64,000 nt of DNA from an uncultured Verrucomicrobiae bacterium (lineage in GTDB: Bacteria > Verrucomicrobiota > Verrucomicrobiia > Limisphaerales > Palsa-1400): positions 2,944,001 to 3,008,000 of the forward strand of contig CAVXRD010000002.1 of the NCBI GenBank assembly GCA_963764165.1, written 5' to 3'. This document shows positions 50,542 to 60,137 of the stretch, one piece after another; position 1 is the first letter of the stretch; the number at the start of each line of letters is the position of its first letter. Both the position numbers and the translations under genes were made by a program. Under the pieces are notes generated by a model that worked only from the letters and a program-made list of their open reading frames with translations, made no database searches and was not told the DNA's origin.

Positions 50542-50712
50542 ATGAGCATTGCCGCTGAGAAAATGGCCGAGGTGCTGGCCTTGCCGGAACAAGATCGGGC
50601 CTTCCTCGCCCGACAACTTATCGCCAGCCTCGACGACACTTTCGACACGAGCCATCGTTGTGTTCCGCCTCATTTGTTTTATCCGCGTTCATGTGCGTCA
50701 ATCTGCGGCTAA
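50542..50712 (+). pseudogene. Truncated duplicate of the addiction-module antitoxin
   Basis: First 32 residues identical to 46396 (MSIAAEK...SLDD); diverges shortly after; no toxin follows. Confidence 0.8.
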
Positions 50713-50799
50713 TCCGACCGGGGCATGAGCCATATCCCCCGCATTGAATCACTCCGTCAGGTGTGATTGAAAATGGGTGATGGACGCAGGCCGACAGGC

Positions 50800-50899
50800 G
50801 GAGCGCGGCTGTGTCGAAGACCAGCCGCAGCAACGTGGAATTAGCCGGCGCGCCCGGCACTGCGACGCGCTGCGGCTGGTCTTCGACACAGCCGCGCTC
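50800..50899. repeat. REP family 2 inverted pair
   Basis: Same unit as 23118 and 43385. Confidence 0.88.
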
Positions 50900-51003
50900 A
50901 AAAGCGAAATCACGCCTCACCCGCTTTCAATCACCCCCACTCCGTCTGGCGCGCCACTATGCTCTTGGCTTGCGGCGCGGAAACCGGAAGAATGGCCGAG
51001 GTT

Positions 51004-52635
51004 ATGACGTTTCTTCCTGTTGTGGAGCGGGAGTTGCGCGTGGCGGCGCGGAAGCGCGGCACCTATTGGGGCCGGATGCTTGCGGCCGCGGCCGGCGCCG
51101 GCATCGCCGCGTGGAGTCTTGCCGCCTCGGGCGGCGGGACACAAGTCGGCGCGGTGGTCTTCGAATCGCTCGCTGTTGTTGTGCTCCTGTATTGCGTCGT
51201 GAGCGGACTGCTTTTTTCCAGCGATTGCATCAGCGAGGAGAAACGGGAAGGGACCCTCGGTCTTCTATTCTTGACGGATCTGAAGGGCTACGATGTCGTC
51301 TTCGGGAAACTCACTTCCACCTCGATGCGGTCTCTCAATTGGATGCTGGCCGCCCTGCCTGCGCTGGCAATTTCCATCATACTTGGCGCCGTCTCCAGCG
51401 GCGAAATTGTGCGAGTGACGGTCGTCGCGCTGAATCTCTTCTTTTTTTTCCTGAGCGTGAGCTTGTTTGCCTCGTCGCTTTGCCAGCGGGACAATCGCGC
51501 GCTGGGACTGTCGGTGATGATTTCGATGCTCATCATGACCGCCATCCCGGCGCTCTTGTGGTTTCGCGCGCTGCCCATTGCCCAGCAAAAGGCGGCGGGA
51601 ATTTATTGCCCGGCCTTCGGGGCCTTTGACGCATTCGACGCTTTTCATGGGTCGTTTTCGGGAAGCTGGTTTTGGTGGAATTGCCTTGTCACACAAATTT
51701 ACGCGTGGACCCTCCTCGGGCTGGCATGCCTCATCGTGCCCGCGTCCTGGCAGGCTTCCGGCTCGGAGCGAAAGCGCAAACGCAAAGGGATGGTCAAAAC
51801 GAAATCCATTTCGGGAGGCGCGGGAACGAAGGAGGTTTTGGCGGTCAACGCCTTCCTTTGGCGCGCCACTGAAAGCGGCCAGCGAACCGTCGTCTGGCTG
51901 ATGCTGGCGGGGGTGGGAATCTTGTGGTTCGTCGGAGGCGGGATGCTGCCGGGGCCGCATTTTGAGATGGGCAAGGATCTCATCGCGCTCGGCCTCGCGG
52001 GCGCGGTCTTGAAAGTCTGGCTGGCCTTGCAGGCCAGCGCCACGCTCTCGGCTGACAGGCGGAACTCGGCCCTGGAATTGTTATTGACTACGCCGCTTCC
52101 CGAAAAAGCGATCATCGCCGGCCAGCGCATGGCGCTGTGGCGGCAATTCGCCGAGCCGGCGGTGGCCGTTTTTTTTGCCGGCATCGTCTGTCTCTTTATG
52201 GAAGTGCTGGCGGGGAAAGGCTCGAAGAATTGGGTCGACCTGCGAGATGAGCTCGTTGGGCTGCATTTAATCAGCGCGTTCTCCATGCTGGTGGATTTGG
52301 GCCTGCTCAGTTGGGTCGCGATGTGGCAGGGGCTGGTGCGGCGCAAACCAAATCACGCCGCGTTTGTGGCGGTGCTGCAAGTCCTGGTGGTTCCGTACGC
52401 CCTGTTTTTTGTCTTCTACGCGATTGCGCCCCTTTCGGCCATTGACCCTCTCAACATCCTGGTCTTCACGGGCCTCATCGGGCTGGTTTCGGGATTTCTT
52501 TTTGCGCAGCACGCCAACTCGCGCCTGCTGGTTTGGTTCCGGAGAGTGGTGGCGGAAGGCAAGCCGCCAACGCTGCGCGAGGCGGCCATCGAAGAGGAAA
52601 TGAGGGACGCCGCGCTGGAGGCAAGATGCAATTAA
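51004..52635 (+). CDS. ABC-2-type permease-like membrane protein, paralog 1
   Basis: LPVVERELRVAARK, DCISEEKREGTLGLLFLTDLKGYDVVFGK; many TM helices. Confidence 0.85.
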   Translation: MTFLPVVERELRVAARKRGTYWGRMLAAAAGAGIAAWSLAASGGGTQVGAVVFESLAVVVLLYCVVSGLLFSSDCISEEKREGTLGLLFLTDLKGYDVVFGKLTSTSMRSLNWMLAALPALAISIILGAVSSGEIVRVTVVALNLFFFFLSVSLFASSLCQRDNRALGLSVMISMLIMTAIPALLWFRALPIAQQKAAGIYCPAFGAFDAFDAFHGSFSGSWFWWNCLVTQIYAWTLLGLACLIVPASWQASGSERKRKRKGMVKTKSISGGAGTKEVLAVNAFLWRATESGQRTVVWLMLAGVGILWFVGGGMLPGPHFEMGKDLIALGLAGAVLKVWLALQASATLSADRRNSALELLLTTPLPEKAIIAGQRMALWRQFAEPAVAVFFAGIVCLFMEVLAGKGSKNWVDLRDELVGLHLISAFSMLVDLGLLSWVAMWQGLVRRKPNHAAFVAVLQVLVVPYALFFVFYAIAPLSAIDPLNILVFTGLIGLVSGFLFAQHANSRLLVWFRRVVAEGKPPTLREAAIEEEMRDAALEARCN

Positions 52636-52645
52636 AAGTCGGCAA

Positions 52646-52742
52646 GGTAGGGACGCCTGTGGGAGGCGGAACTTCCGCCCGAGGCGTCCGGTTGCGCGTG
52701 AACAGCACCTCACCCCGGACGCCTCGGCGAGGCGTCCCTACC
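52646..52742. repeat. REP family 1 inverted pair with an extra hairpin inside the left unit
   Basis: gtagggacgcct-gtgggaggcggaacttc-cgcccgaggcgtccg ... cggacgcctcggcgaggcgtccctacc. Confidence 0.85.
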
Positions 52743-52798
52743 TCGCTTCGCGACCGAAAATCTCACGCCTTTCTAATGAAGCCGATGGAGGCCAGGCG

Positions 52799-54418
52799 AT
52801 GACCGTTCTGCCGGTGGTGGAGCGGGAGTTGCTGGTGGCATCGCGGCACAAAGGGACCTACTGGGGGCGGTTCGCGGCCGGCCTGGCGGGCGCTGGAATC
52901 GCGGCTGGCCTGTTCCAAACGATGAAGGGGCCGGAAGAGAAGGAGATCGGCATCATGCTCATTTACTGCATGAGCGCGGTCATTTTTCTTTACGCGCTTG
53001 TTGCCGGAATTCTGTCCACCTGCGATTGCCTGAGCGAGGAGAAGCGCGAAGGCACGCTCGGGTTGTTATTCTTGACAGACCTGAAGGGTTATGATGTTGT
53101 CCTGGGCAAACTCGCCGCGTCATCGCTGCACACGCTTTACGGCATGCTCGCCCTCGTTCCGATGCTGGCGATTCCATTCATTCTTGGCGGCGTCGATCTG
53201 GCGGAGATGCTGCGGGTGGTGGTCGTCTCCATTAATTTGCTTCTCTTTTCCCTGGGCGCCGGCTTGTTCGCGTCCTCGATTTGCCGGCGCGACCATTGGG
53301 CGATGAGCGCGGCGGGCTTGATTGGATTATTCATCTTGACGGCGGGGCCGATTGCCTCGAATTTTCCGCCGTTCGCGCAATTTTCAATTCTGATGAATCT
53401 GAGCCCGGCCAACGGCTGTTTCCTGGCCTTTGACGCATTGTACAACTTGGCTCCCGCCAGCAATCATTTTGCGTTTTGGGAGAACGCGGCGATCACACAG
53501 ATCTATTTTTTGGTGTTCTTCTTCGCCGCCTGCCGCATCGTCCCGCAGTCGTGGCAGGACGCCGCGTTCGGCCAAAAATCTTCCCGCCGCCAGAATGCGG
53601 CCGCCGCGGGCCGAATCCATTCGCGGAGGGAATTGCTGGACATAAATCCTTTCCTGTGGCGCGCGGCCCGTGATCACAAGAGGTGGGTGATGCCGGCGGC
53701 GCTGGTGGCGATATTCATGATGTGGCTGGGAGTCTGCCGATTAATGCATTTGGAGCCGATGGAGGAATCCATGGATTTTCTTTTCTTCATCGCGGCCGGA
53801 TTCGTTTTGAAACTGTGGATGGCAACCGCCGCCGCGCGGACATTTTCCGAGGACCGGCGCAACGGCGGTTTTGAGCTGCTGCTGAGCACACCGATCAGCG
53901 AGGGCGATATCATTCGCGGCCAGCTCGCGGCGTTGTGGCGGCAATTCGCCTGGCCCCTGGCAGGAATACTGGTCTTGTGGGGGGCCTTCACCCTCGTCGG
54001 CGCGCGCCACATCACAGATCGCGCCGAGTATTTTGAGTGGCGAATCTACTACATATTTTTTCTCGGGGCGGATCTGGCTGCGCTGGGCTGGGACGGGATG
54101 TGGCTCGGATTGATTTCCCGGAAACCAAATCGCGGGGCGTGGCTCGCCTTCTTTCGAATCGTGGCGCTTCCCACCTTGGTTTGGTGTGTGGCATTTATCG
54201 TGTTTGTCATCGCGAAACCGAATTTAAATGATCGTCTTCCCAAAGTGGCATTGAACCTCGCCATCTTGATCGCCCTGGTCACTGATATGCTTGTGGGAGT
54301 GACGTCCGCGTTGCGCCTGCACGAGCAATTCCGCGCCATTGCCGCCCAGGGACTCGAAAGAAAAGCGCCGCCGGCGCCCGCGCGCGCGCCAACGCCGGCT
54401 CTCGTCGAAGCTTCATGA
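52799..54418 (+). CDS. ABC-2-type permease-like membrane protein, paralog 2
   Basis: Same motifs as paralog 1. Confidence 0.85.
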   Translation: MTVLPVVERELLVASRHKGTYWGRFAAGLAGAGIAAGLFQTMKGPEEKEIGIMLIYCMSAVIFLYALVAGILSTCDCLSEEKREGTLGLLFLTDLKGYDVVLGKLAASSLHTLYGMLALVPMLAIPFILGGVDLAEMLRVVVVSINLLLFSLGAGLFASSICRRDHWAMSAAGLIGLFILTAGPIASNFPPFAQFSILMNLSPANGCFLAFDALYNLAPASNHFAFWENAAITQIYFLVFFFAACRIVPQSWQDAAFGQKSSRRQNAAAAGRIHSRRELLDINPFLWRAARDHKRWVMPAALVAIFMMWLGVCRLMHLEPMEESMDFLFFIAAGFVLKLWMATAAARTFSEDRRNGGFELLLSTPISEGDIIRGQLAALWRQFAWPLAGILVLWGAFTLVGARHITDRAEYFEWRIYYIFFLGADLAALGWDGMWLGLISRKPNRGAWLAFFRIVALPTLVWCVAFIVFVIAKPNLNDRLPKVALNLAILIALVTDMLVGVTSALRLHEQFRAIAAQGLERKAPPAPARAPTPALVEAS

Positions 54419-55917
54419 CCACATTGCCCATTGTGCGGCGCGAACTGCGCGTTTCTTCCCGGCGCAAGGTGATTTTTTATGTGCGCGCGGCGGGAGCCCT
54501 GCTGGCCAGTGCCATGGGATTTTTTCTGCTGCTGTTCTCGTACCTTGCCGGCCCAAGCGTGGCCGGGGCGACCATCCTTTCAGGGCTTTCCTGGTACGCC
54601 TTTCTGCTGGCGATTCTGGCGGGTTTGTTTTTGGCGGCGGATTCTCTCAGCGAAGAACGGAGGGAGGGAACCCTCGGATTATTATTCTTGACAGACCTGA
54701 GGGGCTACGACGTGGTGTTTGGCAAGTTCGTGGCAGTTTCGCTGAATGCGTTTTACGGGCTGCTGGCGGTGTTTCCGATCATGGCCATTTCCCTGCTGGC
54801 TGGCGGAGTGGAAAACGCGGAATTCTGGCGGGTCTGCCTCGCTCTGCTCAACGTGCTCTTCGTTTCGATTTCGTTTTGCATGTTCGTTTCTTCCGGCAGC
54901 CGGTCTTCGAGCAAAGCGATGGGAGTCTCGATTGCGGTGATGGTCTGCTGGATTCTGGCCTCCAAAATCATCCAGTTGACTGGCAGGGACAGATTCAACT
55001 GCATCAGCCCGTTTGAAGCCTTTTTCATCTGCCGCCAGGCGGATTATTTCCGACTGGCGAGGGAATACTGGATCTCGCTGGCCGGATCTCATCTGATTGG
55101 ATGGCTCCTTTTGTTCCTGGCGGGCTGGCGGCTGCGAAGGTTTGCTGACAAGCATAAAGAAGAAGCCAAATCGCAAAACATATTCACGAAAGACCTTCTT
55201 AAAGGCGATACCGTCCGGCGCGCCCGGTCGTTGGAAATTAATCCGATACTATGGCTGCTGGACGATTCCAGGCGTGTGCGAGGAGTGGTGTGGGCGCTGT
55301 CGGCCATCGGGGTGGTTATCCTTTCCATCGCCTCGCAATTCGCGGCCGGTGGCCCCATCTTCTTCGCCGGTTGGCTGCTGTGGCCGATTTACTTCCTGTT
55401 AAAACTGATGTTTGCCGTCCAATCCTGCCGTTTCTTCTCGGAGGCCAGGCGCACGGGCGCGCTCGAACTGCTCTTTTGCACACCTCTGACGATGCGCTCC
55501 GTGATACGCGGGCAGGAGATGGCCCTGCGCAGAATTTACCTTTGGCCCGTGGCGATCCTGCTTGGCGTCCACTTAATAATCTTATTGACAAGCATGGGCC
55601 AGGCTCTCAGTTTTTTTCCGAAGGGAGGTTTTCCGGGAATCCTTTTGATCTTTCAGGAATACAAAGTGATCGTGAACAATGTCGCCGACTTTTTTGCGCT
55701 GATGTGGTTCGGGATGTGGATGGGATTGACGCAGCGGCCGAACATGGCGACGGGTTTGACCATCCTGCTCGTGCTCATCGTGCCGATCGCGCTGGTTTGC
55801 ATTCCCCAGTTTATCACGGATGCGATCTTCATCACGATTGGCCTGGTGAAATTATCCGAGGATTTCCGCCTGCGGGGAGCGGAATTTCTGCCAGCCAAGC
55901 CGGTCTCGAGCATGTAG
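54415..55917 (+). CDS. ABC-2-type permease-like membrane protein, paralog 3
   Basis: Same motifs; ATGA overlap with paralog 2. Confidence 0.85.
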   Translation: MTTLPIVRRELRVSSRRKVIFYVRAAGALLASAMGFFLLLFSYLAGPSVAGATILSGLSWYAFLLAILAGLFLAADSLSEERREGTLGLLFLTDLRGYDVVFGKFVAVSLNAFYGLLAVFPIMAISLLAGGVENAEFWRVCLALLNVLFVSISFCMFVSSGSRSSSKAMGVSIAVMVCWILASKIIQLTGRDRFNCISPFEAFFICRQADYFRLAREYWISLAGSHLIGWLLLFLAGWRLRRFADKHKEEAKSQNIFTKDLLKGDTVRRARSLEINPILWLLDDSRRVRGVVWALSAIGVVILSIASQFAAGGPIFFAGWLLWPIYFLLKLMFAVQSCRFFSEARRTGALELLFCTPLTMRSVIRGQEMALRRIYLWPVAILLGVHLIILLTSMGQALSFFPKGGFPGILLIFQEYKVIVNNVADFFALMWFGMWMGLTQRPNMATGLTILLVLIVPIALVCIPQFITDAIFITIGLVKLSEDFRLRGAEFLPAKPVSSM

Positions 55918-55933
55918 CGGCGGGGTGAATCTC

Positions 55934-56055
55934 GGTAGGGCGAGGCTCCCGCCGAGCCGTCCTATTAGTCCCATAACTCTCATAATTCCCACCTTCCCAT
56001 TAAAATGGGACTGATGGGAATAATGGGAAGGCTCGGCAGGAGCCTCGCCCTGCCG
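55934..56055. repeat. REP family 3 inverted pair enclosing CCCAT/ATGGG repeats
   Basis: Read directly; similar to 62778-62913. Confidence 0.85.
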
Positions 56056-56131
56056 CGTTTCGTTTTTACGGCGCCAAATTCATCCAAGAGTTGCGAACCC
56101 GGCGGGCGGCGTTAAAGTCTAGTTATAACTT

Positions 56132-56950
56132 ATGAAAATCTCACTCACTCGCTGCATTCTGATTTTGTCGCTGGCCCTGGCATCCGGACAGATCGCCCGC
56201 GCCGCGGAACCGATACACGCGCTGCTGATCTGCGGCGGCTGCTGCCACGATTACGAAGCCCAGAAAAAATTGTTGACAGATGGAATCAGCGCCCGCGCCA
56301 ATGTCACTTGGGACATCATGCTGGAGGGCGGCAGTTCCAAGGGAGGCGTCGACCGCAATCATCGCATGGCCATTTACGAAAAGGAGGATTGGGCCAAAGG
56401 CTACGACGTGGTCGTGCATGACGAATGCTTTGGCGATGTCACGAATGTCGATTTCATCAATCACATCGCCAAGGCGCATTTTGAAGGCGTGCCGGCGGTG
56501 GTCATCCACTGCGCGATCCACAGTTATCGAAAATCAAAAACCGATGAATGGCGCAAGCTGCTTGGAGTCAGCTCCTATTATCACGACGCGGCGAGAAAAT
56601 TTGAAGTCAACAATATAAAACCCGAGCATCCCATCATGAAGGGATTTCCGGCTGTCTGGCATGACCCGGCCCCGGATGAATTGTACCGAATGAAAGTGCT
56701 CTGGCCGGATTGCGTGCCGCTGGCCAAAACCGTCGCCATCACCAACGGCCCCGACACGACGTGCATCTGGGTGAACACCTACGGCAAAGCGCGTGTGTTC
56801 GGAACCACGCTCGGCCACGACAACAAGACTGTTTCCGATAATGTGTATTTGGACATGGTCACCCGCGGCTTGCTGTGGGCTTGCGGCAAATTGGATGACA
56901 AGGGCGATCCGCTGCCCGGGTATGGGAAGCCGAAGCCGGACGCGAAATAG
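56132..56950 (+). CDS. ThuA (trehalose utilisation)-like domain protein, secreted
   Basis: GGCCHDY, IHCAIHSY, HPIMKG, DELY, RVFGTTLGH. Confidence 0.88.
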   Translation: MKISLTRCILILSLALASGQIARAAEPIHALLICGGCCHDYEAQKKLLTDGISARANVTWDIMLEGGSSKGGVDRNHRMAIYEKEDWAKGYDVVVHDECFGDVTNVDFINHIAKAHFEGVPAVVIHCAIHSYRKSKTDEWRKLLGVSSYYHDAARKFEVNNIKPEHPIMKGFPAVWHDPAPDELYRMKVLWPDCVPLAKTVAITNGPDTTCIWVNTYGKARVFGTTLGHDNKTVSDNVYLDMVTRGLLWACGKLDDKGDPLPGYGKPKPDAK

Positions 56951-56960
56951 ACACTGCTAA

Positions 56961-57063
56961 GGCAGGGACGCCTCGCCGAGGCGTCCGGGCCGACGCGTTG
57001 CATTATAGACACGCTGGAGTTTTGTGCGCCTCACCCCGGACGCCTCGGCGAGGCGTCCCTACC
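56961..57063. repeat. REP family 1 inverted pair between convergent genes
   Basis: Read directly. Confidence 0.9.
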
Positions 57064-57069
57064 TTGAAA

Positions 57070-59544
57070 TTAGGGCTGCGTGGACGTTCGGTAAAAGCGA
57101 TCCGTGTAATTCGTGGCGGATGCGTCTGTAAAAGTGAAATTCCCGTTCGTGTCAGCGACATTTGTGCTGACCGTTATCCAAATCGCCGGTGGCGCGAGAT
57201 TCGTGGTGGCCTGGATGTAGTAGGTGTATCCGCTCTGCCCGCTGAATGTCATCTGCACTCCCCCAGCCGGCGCCAATACGGCATTGCTCACTGTCACCGG
57301 AACTGTGCCGGAAACTGTCAAGATGACGTTTCCGCCGCTGACGGAAATTGTGGAAATGGCATTGGTTTGTGGAATGGCAGTTCCGCTTGCGCTGAATGTT
57401 CCCGTGCTTGAAATGTTTCCGCTCGCCTGCTGAATCAACACGTAGGATCCGCCCTTCAATGTCGAGCCGTTTACGGTGAATGCGTTGCCGTTGAGCGCCA
57501 GGGAACCTTCGGCGATGGTCAGCGCCGGATCGGCTCCGTCGAACGTCAATACTATGGGTCTCGAACCAAATGAAACGTTCGCCCCGCCATTCAGCGTGGC
57601 TGGCGCGGAATTGCCGCTGGCGTAAAAAGTTGTGGTGCTCCCGAGTGTGAACGCGGGTTGCGTCGAAACGTCCAGCGTTGCTCCAGCCGCCAAGTTAATG
57701 CTCGTTGAATGGCTAATGCTGCCGCTGCTCGCGAGCGCCAGTGTGCCGGCGCTGATGGTCGTCGCGCCGGTGTAGGAATTGTTGCCGCCCAGGGTCAGCG
57801 TGCCAGTGGTTGTCTTCGTGATTCCAGCCGTGCCAGCCAGCACCGCGCTCACCGTGCCGGATTGGCCCGAATAACTTGATGCGGTCAGCGAACCGTTTTC
57901 CACCGTGCCGCCCGCAAATGTCGCCGGGCCGACGGCATGGCTCGCGCCGTTCAAATTCAATGTCCCGCCGTTCACGGTGAGTGCGCCCGTTTTTGAACCC
58001 ATGGCCCCCGCTGCGTCCGCCAGCAGCGTGCCGGATTGAACGATTGTGCCGCCGGTGTAATTGTTATTCGTATCCGACAGCGTCAACGTGTGAGTCGTCC
58101 CGATAATGGTGAGGCTTCCGGGGCCGGTTATAAAGTCAGACATGGTCAGGTTCGCATTGGGATTGTCAAAAATTCCGCCACCGCTGAGCAGCGCAATCGC
58201 CGAACCGCTCAAGAGAAATGCGTCGCCAGCCGCGGTGTCGTTGTTCTGGTAGATGCCGCCGTGTTCCAAATTCAATGTCACGCCGCCGTTGCCAACATCG
58301 TGATCGGTGCCCACGACCAGCGTCGTATTCGGGCCGACGATGAATTGCGCGCTGGACGAATTCCCGGTGGCGTTGCCCGCGTTGTTAAATACCGCCACGC
58401 CTCCACCGGTGAGCGTGAAACCTGAACCGCTGAGCGTGCAATTAAAGTAAGTCGGGCTTCCCGGCGGCACGCTGATGGTCGGTGAAGCGCCGCCAAGCGT
58501 CATCGATCCCGTTCCAGAAATTGTGTAACCGGGAGTAATGAAGGTCAGGCCGTCAACCGCGACACTCGTGTTCAACGTAATCGTCCCCGCCGTTCCGCCG
58601 AACACGCCATAATCGCCGCCGAACGACCACGTCGTGTCATTGGTGCCGCTGGACCACCAATTTGACGTGGAAGTATTCCACGTGCCCGTGCCGCCGCTGC
58701 CGGGATACGCGATGGTTAAACCGGGATCCCAATAATTCGTCAATCCGCTGGGCGCGGGCGCCGTGCCTTTGCCGATCACGTAATTATTTGTAAACGCCGC
58801 GAACGTTCCATTGAACACGTCCTGGTCCACCGCTCCCGAAACACCACTGACGACATTGGTCGTGCAGTATTGCCAGAGCATCCAAGTTGACCATGGGCTT
58901 GTGCCGCTGGGACGGCCGGTTTGCGGATCGTTGTATTGATAATTGGCCATCCACAACGGCCATTGCGTCACGGTGCTGTCCAATCCCGGGCCATTGCCGG
59001 AACCGCCGTCCGCGTAGGAAATATAAGTGTAAACAATGGGTGTGACGACCACTCCGGCGGCCTTTCCGTAATTCACAATGTCCTGGCACCATTCGTTCAC
59101 CCAATCGGACAGCGTCGCCTGCGTGTAAGCGGGGCTGGCGCTGTTGACGTCCTGCTCGAAATCGAGCATCGGCATGAGATAGGCGAAGCCGTTCGTTTTG
59201 ATGTAAGGGCTGGCGATGTTCCAAAAATACGCGGCGGCGGAATCTGCGCCGGACGTGCCGATTTCCAATTCCGGATGCGCGTAATAATAGGCGCCGATCA
59301 AAACACCCGCGGACTTGGCATGCGTCTCATTGACGGCGAAATCCGCATCCTGAATGCTGAGGCCTTCGGCGGCTTTGGCCCAGGCGAAGGTGATGCCGGC
59401 ATTTTTAACGTTGGTCCAATTGATGGAACCGCCTTGGTAGCTGGAGACATCGATTCCCAACGGGCGCTGGGCTTTCGCTGATATTCCTCCCAAAATTAAA
59501 ACGGCTGCCGACAACAAGGCCGAACCGAACTTCTGCAACGACAT
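57070..59544 (-). CDS. Secreted GH25 muramidase with autotransporter-associated beta-strand repeats and a C-terminal TTNL..W..RFYR domain
   Basis: GIDVSSYQG, KAAEG, GAYYYA, MLDFEQ, WQY, VDQD; K..TGTLTL.G.NSYTGATTISAGTL repeats. Confidence 0.9.
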   Translation of the reverse strand: MSLQKFGSALLSAAVLILGGISAKAQRPLGIDVSSYQGGSINWTNVKNAGITFAWAKAAEGLSIQDADFAVNETHAKSAGVLIGAYYYAHPELEIGTSGADSAAAYFWNIASPYIKTNGFAYLMPMLDFEQDVNSASPAYTQATLSDWVNEWCQDIVNYGKAAGVVVTPIVYTYISYADGGSGNGPGLDSTVTQWPLWMANYQYNDPQTGRPSGTSPWSTWMLWQYCTTNVVSGVSGAVDQDVFNGTFAAFTNNYVIGKGTAPAPSGLTNYWDPGLTIAYPGSGGTGTWNTSTSNWWSSGTNDTTWSFGGDYGVFGGTAGTITLNTSVAVDGLTFITPGYTISGTGSMTLGGASPTISVPPGSPTYFNCTLSGSGFTLTGGGVAVFNNAGNATGNSSSAQFIVGPNTTLVVGTDHDVGNGGVTLNLEHGGIYQNNDTAAGDAFLLSGSAIALLSGGGIFDNPNANLTMSDFITGPGSLTIIGTTHTLTLSDTNNNYTGGTIVQSGTLLADAAGAMGSKTGALTVNGGTLNLNGASHAVGPATFAGGTVENGSLTASSYSGQSGTVSAVLAGTAGITKTTTGTLTLGGNNSYTGATTISAGTLALASSGSISHSTSINLAAGATLDVSTQPAFTLGSTTTFYASGNSAPATLNGGANVSFGSRPIVLTFDGADPALTIAEGSLALNGNAFTVNGSTLKGGSYVLIQQASGNISSTGTFSASGTAIPQTNAISTISVSGGNVILTVSGTVPVTVSNAVLAPAGGVQMTFSGQSGYTYYIQATTNLAPPAIWITVSTNVADTNGNFTFTDASATNYTDRFYRTSTQP

Positions 59545-59627
59545 AACCCGCAAAACCTAGCACACAAACAAACCGTTGACAAAAAAGGCAGATTCGCGAC
59601 TCTGAATTTGAACTTCCAAGTTGCGGA

Positions 59628-59675
59628 TGTTCCCTTTTCGCGGCTTGCGGACATTATTGATAGGATGCCCGCATC
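59628..59675 (+). promoter_or_regulatory. Candidate ECF promoter copy 1 (TGTTCC-N14-CGGACATTATT)
   Basis: Near-duplicate of the motif at 60102 directly upstream of the ECF gene. Confidence 0.55.
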
Positions 59676-59696
59676 CATTGACATCCAACGAATGAA

Positions 59697-60086
59697 ATGA
59701 AACAAATAACATCATGGACAGTTTCAGTGGCAATTTCTTTGGCAAGCCTGATCCTGGCCGGGTGCGCCGGAATGCAGCAGCTTGATAATATCACCGACGC
59801 AGTGAAAGAGGGAAAGGTTTCCGGCCTTCCTGCTTCGACTAATTACGTGGTTGGCGGAACGGTATGGAGCTTGAGCATTCCCAAGCATCCGACGGGTCCA
59901 TACTCCAAAATCAGCAGCCAGGAGATTGTAGTGCAAAAAGGAACCACGAACGAAGGCTTGTATGTGTTTTTCTGCGGAAAGTCATATCAAACCAAAGCGT
60001 GGGAGATATTCTCATGCATGAAGTGGAAAACCAATTCCTGGCAGCCGGTTCCAGTCTCGTTGGACAAAACTCCCATCAAAAACTGA
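59697..60086 (+). CDS. Hypothetical lipoprotein
   Basis: ILAGC lipobox. Confidence 0.7.
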   Translation: MKQITSWTVSVAISLASLILAGCAGMQQLDNITDAVKEGKVSGLPASTNYVVGGTVWSLSIPKHPTGPYSKISSQEIVVQKGTTNEGLYVFFCGKSYQTKAWEIFSCMKWKTNSWQPVPVSLDKTPIKN

Positions 60087-60101
60087 ACGCTCCGTCGCAG
60101 G

Positions 60102-60137
60102 TGTTCCTTTTTTCAGCCTGCGGACATTATTAAATGG
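60102..60137 (+). promoter_or_regulatory. Candidate ECF autoregulatory promoter (TGTTCC-N13-CGGACATTATT)
   Basis: Immediately upstream of the ECF start codon; no SD visible. Confidence 0.55.

Noticed and set aside
41000..51000. Prophage
   Set aside because: No capsid, terminase, tail or integrase genes in the window.
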